Assembly (NCBI GenBank): GCA_947651395.1
Contig: CANSYW010000010.1
Location: 3,182-67,181, forward strand
Length of the DNA: 64,000 nucleotides
DNA from: an uncultured Pseudoflavonifractor sp.
Lineage (GTDB): Bacteria; Bacillota; Clostridia; Oscillospirales; Oscillospiraceae
Direction of reading: 5' to 3'
Of the stretch, positions 37,212-45,263 are shown one piece after another. The notes beneath the pieces were generated by a model. The model was given only the letters and a program-made list of their open reading frames with translations. It was not told the DNA's origin and made no database searches. Each line of letters opens with the position of its first letter. Positions within the stretch are counted from its first letter, which is position 1. Position numbers and translations under genes: made by a program.

Positions 37212-37934
37212 CTACATCATTTTTAATATTTCACGCTTGAGACGCTCTATGATGCGCTTTTCCAGCCGGGAGATGTAGGACTGGGAGATGCCCAGCAGGT
37301 CGGCCACCTCCTTCTGGGTGCGCTCCGGCGCCCCGTCCAGGCCAAAGCGCAGGGTGATGATCACCCGCTCCCGCTCCTCCAGCCGTGCCAGGGCCTGGGT
37401 CAGCAGCTGCCGATCCACGTCGGCCTCCAGGGGCTGCATCACCACGTCGGGGTCGGTCCCCATGATGTCGCTGAGCAGGAGCTCGTTGCCGTCCCAATCG
37501 GTGTTCAGCGGCTCGTCAAAGGAGACCTCCCCCCGCTGGTTGGCGGTCTTGCGCAGATGCATCAGGATCTCATTTTCAATACACCGGGAGGCATAGGTGG
37601 CCAACTTGATGTTCTTCTCCGCCTTGTAGGTGCTCACCGCCTTGATCAGCCCGATGGTACCGATGGAGATCAGATCCTCAATGTTGATGCCCGTATTTTC
37701 AAAGCGCTTGGCGATGTACACCACCAGCCGCAGGTTCCGCTCAATGAGCCTGGACTTGGCCTCCTCGTCCCCCTGGGCCAGCCGGGCGATGAGCGCCGCC
37801 TCCTCCTCCCGCTTCAACGGGGGCGGCAGCGTGTCGCTGCCGCCGATGTACATCACCTTTCCCGGCAGGGCGATCCCCCATCGGGCCAAAAGGGCCCACA
37901 GGGCGTTCCACGCCCTATACAGCCGTCGTCTCAT
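37212..37934 (-). CDS. sigE: Sporulation sigma factor pro-SigE
   Basis: Pro-sequence, [55 protein letters not shown]. Confidence 0.97.
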   Translation of the reverse strand: MRRRLYRAWNALWALLARWGIALPGKVMYIGGSDTLPPPLKREEEAALIARLAQGDEEAKSRLIERNLRLVVYIAKRFENTGINIEDLISIGTIGLIKAVSTYKAEKNIKLATYASRCIENEILMHLRKTANQRGEVSFDEPLNTDWDGNELLLSDIMGTDPDVVMQPLEADVDRQLLTQALARLEERERVIITLRFGLDGAPERTQKEVADLLGISQSYISRLEKRIIERLKREILKMM

Positions 37935-38031
37935 TCCAAGCTCTCCTCCCTTTTATTTTCCCGGCCCTTGCTCCGGGCGGCCGTCCTTCCATTTTTACCC
38001 CATCCGCCTTTCCGTGCGGGGGCCCCGCCTC

Positions 38032-38850
38032 TCAGGCCCCGATCAGCGCGCTGTACCCACCCCCGTCGGACACCGGGGTGGGAGACAGAGCCACCAGGAT
38101 GGGGCCGTAGTCCTCTCCCCCCACCCGGGCTCTGTCCACCCGCACCGCCAGCAGCAGTGCTCTGTCCACCCCCACCGCCCGGTAAGGCAGCAATCGCCAA
38201 CGGCACGGGCTCCTCCGACGCCGCTCCAACGCGGAGACAGGATCTCTGAGCTCTCCCGGCTCCGGGCTCTCCCCGGTGGGAAACAACGCCCGCAGCCGCT
38301 CCCCCTCCGCCACCATCACAGGCCGCCCCGTGGCGGGGTCGGTGAGGGTATTGCCTGTATCCACCAGGGCGGTCAACCGGCACCGCCGTCCCCCCAGCTC
38401 CAGCTCGGCCCCGGCCAGCTCCCCACCTCCGTGGCGGACCGTCCGATGAAAGACCAGACTCAAAAACACATAGCACCCCGCCCAGCACAGCAGCACGGTG
38501 GGCAGATCCAGAGGTCTCCCCCCGTCCCAGAGAAGCTGGAGGGCCAGCACCCCGCCCCCAAAGGCGGCCGCCACTCCGAAAAACACCAGAAGCAGCCGAA
38601 GCAGCCGTCGGGAGCCTCCGTAGGCCACCAGGCCCATCCCCACCGCCGAGGCCAGCTTGCAGGCCGGATGGGTGAGAAAGCCCCCCCCCGGCAGCACCGC
38701 CAGCGCGGCGTACAGCCCGCCCAGCAGGGCGGCCAGTGCGAACCGCAGCCGCCGCAGACTCTCTCCCGTCAGCCTGGCCGCGCACAGCAGCAGCAGATAG
38801 TCTATGAGCATATTCAGGCCGAAGACCTGATCGATGTACACCACTTCCAC
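38032..38850 (-). CDS. spoIIGA: Pro-sigmaE processing aspartic protease
   Basis: VYIDQVFGLN..DYLLL, TM helices, LVDTGN catalytic Asp, upstream of sigE. Confidence 0.93.
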   Translation of the reverse strand: MEVVYIDQVFGLNMLIDYLLLLCAARLTGESLRRLRFALAALLGGLYAALAVLPGGGFLTHPACKLASAVGMGLVAYGGSRRLLRLLLVFFGVAAAFGGGVLALQLLWDGGRPLDLPTVLLCWAGCYVFLSLVFHRTVRHGGGELAGAELELGGRRCRLTALVDTGNTLTDPATGRPVMVAEGERLRALFPTGESPEPGELRDPVSALERRRRSPCRWRLLPYRAVGVDRALLLAVRVDRARVGGEDYGPILVALSPTPVSDGGGYSALIGA

Positions 38851-38873
38851 GCCGCTCCCCCCTCTACCTGTCC

Positions 38874-38920
38874 ATTATAGAGTTCCGGCGCCTCAAAAAA
38901 GGACGAAAGGGCCTGTCGCA
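38874..38920 (-). promoter_or_regulatory. spoIIG promoter with Spo0A-box-like sites
   Basis: TATAAT at 38879-74 on minus; GGACGAA (38901) and TGTCGCA (38914) each one mismatch from TGNCGAA. Confidence 0.55.
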
Positions 38921-39005
38921 AATTGATGTTTTGCGTCAGCCCCTTCTGAAACGCCCCCAAACTCCCCCCGCATTCTCCAACGCCTTGATTTTTCATAAAT
39001 TTTTC

Positions 39006-39034
39006 TTGACTTGTCTGAAAGTTGGTGATAGAAT
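39006..39034 (+). promoter_or_regulatory. SigA promoter of rpmG-secE-nusG
   Basis: TTGACT-17-TAGAAT with TG extension. Confidence 0.75.
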
Positions 39035-39254
39035 ACCAATACCTATGAAAAGGGCCCTATTTTTTTATGCTCGTTTTTACGGTGTGGCGAAGCATAAACC
39101 CTTTCCCTCTCCGAGGTCATAGGGAGGCAATCAAGTGCCGGTCCAACACCGCCTCGTCAGCCCCCCTCGGGGGCTTTTTCGGGCTGGACCGGACAATCGC
39201 CGGGACCGGCTCTTTTTTGTTGGTCCGGCAAGTAATAAGGAGGTGCCGAAAGAT

Positions 39255-39419
39255 ATGGCAAAAGCTGGCAACCGGGTGAAGATCACCCTGCGGTGCAACG
39301 ACTGCAAGCAGCGCAACTACAACACCAAGAAAAACAAGAAGAACACACCCGACCGTCTGGAATTGAACAAGTACTGCCCCTTCTGCAAGAAGCATACGGT
39401 CCACACCGAGACCAAGTAA
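39255..39419 (+). CDS. rpmG: 50S ribosomal protein L33 (zinc-binding C+ type)
   Basis: [16 protein letters not shown]...[16 protein letters not shown]; ATG 39255 after AAGGAGG. Confidence 0.97.
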   Translation: MAKAGNRVKITLRCNDCKQRNYNTKKNKKNTPDRLELNKYCPFCKKHTVHTETK

Positions 39420-39467
39420 TGAGCTCCCTCACCAATGAAAGCTCACAAGAAAGAAGGGTATTACCGA

Positions 39468-39800
39468 ATGGCTGAAAACGACAAGCTGGAACTGCAGGTG
39501 GAGGCCTCCGCCCAGGAGCTGGAGACCACCCCCGAGACCCCCTCGAAAAAGGACAAGGCCGACAAGAAGGCCGATAAAAAGCCCGCCAAGAAGGCCAAGC
39601 CCGGTCTGTTTTCCCGCATCGCCCAGTGGTTCCGGGAGACCAAGGCCGAGCTGAAGAAAGTGCAGTGGCCCACATGGAAGCAGACGATGAACAACACGCT
39701 CATCGTCATCGCCTTCTGCATTGTGGTGGGTCTGTGCATCTTCCTCTTTGACAAGGTGGCCGAGGGCTTGTTCGTCGCCCTCAGAAACCTCTTCCACTAA
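39468..39800 (+). CDS. secE: Preprotein translocase SecE
   Basis: FRETKAELKKVQWPT plus TM helix; between rpmG and nusG. Confidence 0.95.
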   Translation: MAENDKLELQVEASAQELETTPETPSKKDKADKKADKKPAKKAKPGLFSRIAQWFRETKAELKKVQWPTWKQTMNNTLIVIAFCIVVGLCIFLFDKVAEGLFVALRNLFH

Positions 39801-39810
39801 GGAGCGCGCC

Positions 39811-40332
39811 ATGGAAGAGGCGAAATGGTATGTTGTCCACACCTACTCGGGCTACGAAAACACCGTATGCGCCAGTATTGAGAAGGCTGTGGAGAACCGG
39901 GGCATGCACGACCTGATCCAGGAGGTCAACATCCCCATGGAGACCGTGACCGAGATCACGGACAACGGCCCCAAAACGGTGGAGCGCAAGGTCTTCCCCG
40001 GCTACGTGCTGGTGAAGATGGTGCTCACCGACGACACCTGGCATCTGGTACGCAACATCCGCGGCGCCACGGGCTTCGTTGGCTCGGGCAACAAGGCCAT
40101 CCCCCTCACCGACTCCGAGATCGCCGCTTTGGGCGTGGAGAAGCACGAGGTGGTGGTGAGCTACGAGGTGGGTGACAGCGTAAAGATCACCGACGGCGCT
40201 CTGGAATCCTTCATCGGCACGGTGGAGGAAATCGACATGGATCACAGCAAGGTCCGTGTGGTGGTGTCCATGTTCGGCCGGGAGACCCCGGTGGAACTGG
40301 AGCTGGATCAGGTAGAGCCCATCGACAATTAA
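39811..40332 (+). CDS. nusG: Transcription termination/antitermination factor NusG
   Basis: WYVVHTYSGYE, KVFPGYVLV, KOW, VSMFGRETPVEL. Confidence 0.98.
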   Translation: MEEAKWYVVHTYSGYENTVCASIEKAVENRGMHDLIQEVNIPMETVTEITDNGPKTVERKVFPGYVLVKMVLTDDTWHLVRNIRGATGFVGSGNKAIPLTDSEIAALGVEKHEVVVSYEVGDSVKITDGALESFIGTVEEIDMDHSKVRVVVSMFGRETPVELELDQVEPIDN

Positions 40333-40358
40333 AGACCCAAAAGGCCCCATCCCTTTTG

Positions 40359-40467
40359 GGGGCCCCGCAGTGTCTGCGAAGCAGAGCTTGCGGGGAGAGC
40401 CGGCACAGCGAAACAAGTTTGCTCCCGCCCGGCGGGAAGCGAAGGATGCAACGCTTGTGCCGACGAC
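40359..40467 (+). mobile_element. Putative structured intergenic element (copy E2, relative of 11541-11650)
   Basis: ggggccccgca...tgcggggagag...cagcg...aagcga.ggat...gcttgtg.cgacga shared with E1, with compensatory stem changes. Confidence 0.6.
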
Positions 40468-40505
40468 GTGGGAGGGATTCCGCAACGGCGTCCCGTCCAT
40501 ACCAC
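40468..40505 (+). promoter_or_regulatory. L1-binding leader (23S rRNA mimic) upstream of rplK-rplA
   Basis: GTGGGAGGG...CCC...ACCAC stem/internal-loop pattern typical of Firmicutes rplK leaders. Confidence 0.65.
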
Positions 40506-40531
40506 ATTTCAAGTAGGAGGTGCTGTTTCAA

Positions 40532-40957
40532 ATGGCACAGAAAATTACCGGTTACGTGAAACTGCAGATCCCCGCCGGCAAGGCGACCCCGGCCCCCCCT
40601 GTGGGCCCCGCCCTCGGCCAGCACGGCATCAACATTGCCGCCTTCACCAAGGAGTTCAACGAGCGCACCAAGAACGACGGCGGCCTTCTCATCCCCGTGG
40701 TCATCACCGTCTACGCTGACCGCTCCTTCTCCTTCATCACCAAGACCCCCCCTGCCGCCGTCCTCATCAAGAAGGCCTGCGGTCTGGACAAGGCCAGCGG
40801 CGTGCCCAACAAGGAGAAGGTCGCCACCATCAGCAAGGAAGACATCCGCAAGATCGCTGAGCAGAAGATGCCCGACCTCAACGCCGCCAGCATCGAGGCC
40901 GCTATGAGCATGATCGCCGGTACCGCCCGTTCCATGGGCGTCCTGGTGGGCGACTAA
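40532..40957 (+). CDS. rplK: 50S ribosomal protein L11
   Basis: [30 protein letters not shown]. Confidence 0.99.
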   Translation: MAQKITGYVKLQIPAGKATPAPPVGPALGQHGINIAAFTKEFNERTKNDGGLLIPVVITVYADRSFSFITKTPPAAVLIKKACGLDKASGVPNKEKVATISKEDIRKIAEQKMPDLNAASIEAAMSMIAGTARSMGVLVGD

Positions 40958-40976
40958 GGCGAGGAGGTACAGAGAT

Positions 40977-41669
40977 ATGTTTAGAGGTAAGAAGTATCAG
41001 AACGGCGCCAAGCTCATCGACAAGGCCGCCGCTTACGACGTGCAGGAGGCCATGGACCTGGTGGTCAAGGCCGCTCCCGCCAAGTTTGACGAGACCGTTG
41101 AGCTCCACGTGAAGCTGGGTGTTGACTCCCGTCACGCCGATCAGCAGGTCCGCGGCGCCATCGTCCTCCCCCACGGCACCGGCAAGACCCAGCGTGTGCT
41201 GGTCTTCGCCAAGGGTGACAAGGCCGACGCCGCCAAAGAGGCCGGCGCCGATTACGTGGGCGAGATGGACCTGGTGGAGAAGATCCAGAAGGAAAACTGG
41301 TTCGAGTTTGACGTAGTGGTCGCCAGCCCCGACATGATGGGTCTGGTGGGCCGTCTGGGTAAGGTCCTGGGCCCCAAGGGCCTGATGCCCTCCCCCAAGG
41401 CCGGCACCGTCACCATGGACGTGACCAAGGCCGTCAACGAGATCAAGGCCGGTAAAGTGGAGTACCGTCTGGACAAGACCAACATCATCCACTGCCCCAT
41501 CGGCAAGGTCTCCTTCGGCACCGAGAAGCTCACCGAGAACCTGAACGCTCTCATGGGCGCCATCATCAAGGCCAAGCCCTCCGCCGCCAAGGGCCAGTAC
41601 GTCCGCTCCTGTGTGGCCGCCTCCACCATGGGCCCCGGTGTGAAGATCAACGCCGCCAAGTTTGTGTAA
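40977..41669 (+). CDS. rplA: 50S ribosomal protein L1
   Basis: [41 protein letters not shown]. Confidence 0.99.
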   Translation: MFRGKKYQNGAKLIDKAAAYDVQEAMDLVVKAAPAKFDETVELHVKLGVDSRHADQQVRGAIVLPHGTGKTQRVLVFAKGDKADAAKEAGADYVGEMDLVEKIQKENWFEFDVVVASPDMMGLVGRLGKVLGPKGLMPSPKAGTVTMDVTKAVNEIKAGKVEYRLDKTNIIHCPIGKVSFGTEKLTENLNALMGAIIKAKPSAAKGQYVRSCVAASTMGPGVKINAAKFV

Positions 41670-41673
41670 GAAG

Positions 41674-41804
41674 CACGGAACAGCGGTCTGTCGGCGGGCT
41701 AACGACGGAGCGGAGCGAAATCGCAGAGGGGCCTGTCGCCCCGGCGGGATTTTGCAAAGTCGGAGGAGTTAGAACCGACGGCGTCCAGACCGCTGTGCAG
41801 CGTG
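41674..41804 (+). repeat. Long bulged hairpin element with 10-bp terminal inverted repeats (E3)
   Basis: cagcggtctg (41681-90) / cagaccgctg (41786-95), nested tcgg..ctaac/gttag..ccga, gcgaaatc/gattttgc, ggggc/gcccc. Confidence 0.65.
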
Positions 41805-41833
41805 ACAGCCCCATCTTTCCCAAAAATATATTT

Positions 41834-41878
41834 CCCTGGGGGATTTTGCTTGACAAAATCCCCCAGGGGTGATATATT
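41834..41878 (+). promoter_or_regulatory. rplJ promoter with -35 embedded in a perfect 15-bp inverted repeat
   Basis: TTGACA(41850)-17-TATATT; ccctgggggattttg / caaaatcccccaggg. Confidence 0.7.
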
Positions 41879-41884
41879 ACCAAG

Positions 41885-41945
41885 CGTGTTCAGAGACAGC
41901 GGGGAGCCCTCGGGCTCTAACGACATCCGTCCCCCGCCGAGAATA
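41885..41945 (+). promoter_or_regulatory. L10 leader (ribosomal protein leader RNA)
   Basis: AGACAGCGGG...hairpin...TAA...CCCGCCGAG matches the L10-leader AGACAGYRGG/CCYRCCGAG pattern, upstream of rplJ. Confidence 0.8.
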
Positions 41946-42043
41946 CAGCCTACAATAAGCTTTTATTGTGCTGTTTTCGTGCGAACACGAAGACGGCATT
42001 TTTTGTCGTCGCATTTCAATCAATCTGGAGGTGAAAAACCAAT

Positions 42044-42700
42044 ATGCCGAACGCAAAAGTCCTGAGTGAGAAGCAGGCCATCGTGGCCGGGCTCATTGAG
42101 ACCCTCAAGTCCTCTGCCAGCGGCGTGCTGGTCAACTACGAGGGCATCACCGTGTCGGAAGATACGGCCCTTCGTAACGAGCTGCGCAAGGCCGGTGTGG
42201 ACTACGCCGTGGTGAAGAACACCATGGTGCGCCGCGCCCTGGACGACGCCGGTCTGAGCGAGCTGGACGGCGTGCTTCACGGCACCACTTCCCTGGCCGT
42301 GTGCAAGGAGGATCCCATCGCCCCCATGCGCGTCATCAACAAGTTCGCCAAGAGCCTGGAAGGTGACCGTTTTGTGATCAAGGCCGGCTTCATGGACGGT
42401 AAGGTCCTGCCCCTGGAGGACATCTCCGCTCTGGCCGAGCTGCCCTCCAAGGAGGTGCTGCTGGGTCAGGTGCTGGGCATGATGCTCTCCCCCATCACCA
42501 GCCTGGCCATCGTCATCAAGGCCATCGCCGAGAAGGGCGGCATCCCCGCCGAGAAGGCCGAGGAGACCCCCGCCCCTGCTGCCGAAGAGGCTCCTGCCGC
42601 TGAGGCCGCCGCCCCTGCTGAGGAGGCTCCCGCCGCCGAGGCCGAGGCTCCCGCTGAGGAGGCCCCCGCCGCTGAGGCCGAGGCTCCTGCCGCTGAGTAA
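42044..42700 (+). CDS. rplJ: 50S ribosomal protein L10 with acidic repeat tail
   Basis: LRNELRKAG...[14 protein letters not shown]; C-terminal ([12 protein letters not shown])-type repeats. Confidence 0.98.
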   Translation: MPNAKVLSEKQAIVAGLIETLKSSASGVLVNYEGITVSEDTALRNELRKAGVDYAVVKNTMVRRALDDAGLSELDGVLHGTTSLAVCKEDPIAPMRVINKFAKSLEGDRFVIKAGFMDGKVLPLEDISALAELPSKEVLLGQVLGMMLSPITSLAIVIKAIAEKGGIPAEKAEETPAPAAEEAPAAEAAAPAEEAPAAEAEAPAEEAPAAEAEAPAAE

Positions 42701-42741
42701 ATCAACAAAAACAACATATCAAATTTAGGAGGTATACAATT

Positions 42742-43122
42742 ATGGCTAGCGAGAAGATCACCGCTATGATCGAGGAAGTTAAGTCCCTGACCGTTCTGGA
42801 GCTCAATGACCTGGTGAAGGCCCTTGAGGAGGAGTTTGGCGTTTCCGCCGCCGCTATGGCCGCTCCCGCCGCCGGTGGGGCCGCTGCCGGCGCCGCCGCC
42901 GAGGAGAAGACCGAGTTTGACGTGGTTCTGGCCGGCTTTGACGCCGCCGCCAAGATCAAGGTCATCAAGGTGGTCCGTGAGATCACCGGCCTGGGTCTGG
43001 GCGAGGCCAAGGCTGTGGTCGAGGCTGCCCCCAAGGCTGTCAAGGAGGGCGTGAGCAAGGACGAGGCCGAGGAGCTGAAGAAGCAGCTCGAGGAGGCCGG
43101 CGCCAAGGTGGAGCTGAAGTAA
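42742..43122 (+). CDS. rplL: 50S ribosomal protein L7/L12
   Basis: [34 protein letters not shown]. Confidence 0.99.
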   Translation: MASEKITAMIEEVKSLTVLELNDLVKALEEEFGVSAAAMAAPAAGGAAAGAAAEEKTEFDVVLAGFDAAAKIKVIKVVREITGLGLGEAKAVVEAAPKAVKEGVSKDEAEELKKQLEEAGAKVELK

Positions 43123-43147
43123 TCAGCCCCCTTCCCTGTCGCAGCTG

Positions 43148-43183
43148 AAAAACGGCTGGTGAGAAATCACCAGCCGTTTTTTT
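43148..43183 (+). terminator. Terminator after rplL
   Basis: aacggctggtga-gaaa-tcaccagccgtt plus T-run. Confidence 0.9.
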
Positions 43184-43210
43184 GTAACCTTTTTCTCCCT
43201 TTTTCGTATA
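43183..43210 (+). promoter_or_regulatory. ECF-type (auto)promoter
   Basis: TGTAAC-16-CGTATA immediately upstream of the ECF sigma gene. Confidence 0.75.
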
Positions 43211-43238
43211 TACTGATAGAACCGGTTCGAAAGACGAG

Positions 43239-43805
43239 GTGAGGCCTTTGAATGAAGCAAAATGGATCCGTCGGCTCCAGACAGGGGATCGCTTTGCCCT
43301 CAACCAGGTGATGGAGTTCTATACATCCTACCTCTCTGCGGTGGTGTGGCACACCATGGGTCCTGCCGCCACCGTCCAGGACGTGGAGGAGGTTGTCTCC
43401 GACGCCTTCCTGGCCCTGTGGACCCACCGGGAAACCTTGAACACTGGGAAGCCTCTCAAGCCCTGGCTGGCAGCAGTGGCCCGGAACAAGGCTATCGACA
43501 GACTGCGTGCCTCCCCCCTCCCTCCCCTGCCGCTGGAGGCGGCAGAGGGGGCGGCGGGGCCCGGCCTCGATGAGGAGGTAGAGAAGCGGATATTCGCCGC
43601 TCAGCTCCGGTCGGCGGTGGAGACGCTGGAGCCGTCAGACAACACGCTGATCCTTCGCTTCTACTTCGAGGGCGACAGGCTCAGAGATATCGCCGCCGAT
43701 CTGGGACTGTCTCCCTCGACAGCCAAGGTACGGCTTCACCGGGCCAGACAGAAGCTGAAACAGATCCTGATGAAAGGAGGGCCGGCGGATGGACCGAATA
43801 AGTGA
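43239..43805 (+). CDS. ECF sigma factor
   Basis: DVEEVVSDAFLALW, WLAAVARNKAID, TAKVRLHRARQKL; start may be TTG 43248. Confidence 0.93.
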   Translation: MRPLNEAKWIRRLQTGDRFALNQVMEFYTSYLSAVVWHTMGPAATVQDVEEVVSDAFLALWTHRETLNTGKPLKPWLAAVARNKAIDRLRASPLPPLPLEAAEGAAGPGLDEEVEKRIFAAQLRSAVETLEPSDNTLILRFYFEGDRLRDIAADLGLSPSTAKVRLHRARQKLKQILMKGGPADGPNK

Positions 43806-45195
43806 GCTGTGGCAGGACGTGGGTGGACCGGGAAAGGCCCCCGGGGTCAGCGTTCGGGCCGTGAAAAACCGGGTCAACGCCGCACTGGACGCCGACCCGG
43901 GAGAAAGGAAGGTCTATATGAAACAGAAATTGCGTGTGGCGCTGGTGGCCGCGGCGGCGGCAGCCGCTGTCATGGGCAGCGCCCTTGCGGCCAGCGAGAA
44001 CTGGAACGTCCTCTCCGCTTTCTTCCGGGGGGATGTCTCCCCCGCCCAGGAGTATGTAAACGGTACCGCTTACTCCATCAGCGATGAAAACTATACCTTC
44101 ACTGTGGAAAGTTCGGTGGCGGACGAGAGCACCCTCTATGTGGTCGCCACGGTGAAGGCCCTGAACGAAAACGCCCGAGAGGCCCTTTTTGCCCCCTATT
44201 TCCACGATATGGACACCTTCAACTTCTATATCCCCGCCTGGGATGAGGAGCGGCAAACACGCAGAGAACAGGACGAGAAGCCCTCCGGCGCATACGGCGG
44301 CTTTGGCGGTGGGGAGGTGAGGCTCCAGAGTGAGGACACTCGGAGCTTCCAGCTCCACGCCCAACTGTTCGGCACCCCGGACAAGGTAGAGCTCTGGCTG
44401 GGGCAGATGGGCCGGGAATGCTCCCTGTCCATCCCCGTGACCCCCGCCCCCTCCCGGACTTTGGAACTGAACGCCACCGGTACGGGGTACCACGACGAGA
44501 GCGCCGCCCCCGGCTCCCTCACCATCCGGAAGATCCAGCTCTCCCCCTTCTCCCTCCGTATGGAGAACACGGAAAACGGCGGGCTGACATTCAAACCACG
44601 GTTCCTCTTCCGTATGGCCGACGGCTCTATCCGCACGCAAGCCCAGATGATGGAGTTTAGGGAGGGCTGGCTGGGCAGCATAGTCCACGGCTCCGACACC
44701 AACGACTATGTCCAGAAATACCGCTTTTATGAGGTTCAGGATCTGGACAGCATTGCCTCCATCCTTGTCTTTGGCATGGAGTACCCTCTGGACGGCTCAG
44801 AGCCCTTCCCCGCGGAATACGACCCCTCCCTGGAGCCCTTTACCCTCCCCCAGATGGAGAACTATCTTCTCCCTGTCCGGGCTCTCACCGAGACTTTGGG
44901 CGGTGTCTGCCATTGGGATCCAGTCACCGGGGATGTGACCTGTATCTACCGGGGTGTTGAGATCGTCCTACACCCCGGCGTGGACATCGCCATGGTGGAC
45001 GGAAGGCCGGTCAAGATGGCCCTCACCCCGGAGGTGCAAAACGGCACTCTGGCTGCCGGTGGAAAACCTTTTTTTGACGCCTGGGGCGTGGACGGTTTTC
45101 TCACCCACACCCAGGGAGAAATGACCCCCGATCCGAACGATCCCGGCGCTTTTCTCATCGAGACCTTCCATCACGACTGGTACATTATCCCCTGA
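43789..45195 (+). CDS. Anti-sigma factor (DUF4179-like) with C-terminal copper-amine-oxidase-N/stalk-like domain
   Basis: Single TM; LLPVRALTETLGGVCHWD...AMVDG...PEVQNG typical of Cu_amine_oxidN1-like domains. Confidence 0.72.
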   Translation: MDRISELWQDVGGPGKAPGVSVRAVKNRVNAALDADPGERKVYMKQKLRVALVAAAAAAAVMGSALAASENWNVLSAFFRGDVSPAQEYVNGTAYSISDENYTFTVESSVADESTLYVVATVKALNENAREALFAPYFHDMDTFNFYIPAWDEERQTRREQDEKPSGAYGGFGGGEVRLQSEDTRSFQLHAQLFGTPDKVELWLGQMGRECSLSIPVTPAPSRTLELNATGTGYHDESAAPGSLTIRKIQLSPFSLRMENTENGGLTFKPRFLFRMADGSIRTQAQMMEFREGWLGSIVHGSDTNDYVQKYRFYEVQDLDSIASILVFGMEYPLDGSEPFPAEYDPSLEPFTLPQMENYLLPVRALTETLGGVCHWDPVTGDVTCIYRGVEIVLHPGVDIAMVDGRPVKMALTPEVQNGTLAAGGKPFFDAWGVDGFLTHTQGEMTPDPNDPGAFLIETFHHDWYIIP

Positions 45196-45263
45196 TTTGC
45201 TTTTCCCGCCTGAGCATGATAGAATGAGGTCTATCCAAAATCGTTTCCCAGGAGGTTTTTTCC

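Noticed and set aside
37931-38785. Alternative 284-aa ORF suggesting a frameshifted spoIIGA
   Set aside because: 38032-38850 is already a complete SpoIIGA with the DTGN motif; the other frame is GC-rich noise.
39420-39467. tRNA-Trp often found between rpmG and secE
   Set aside because: The spacer is under 50 nt with no cloverleaf or TTCGA motif.
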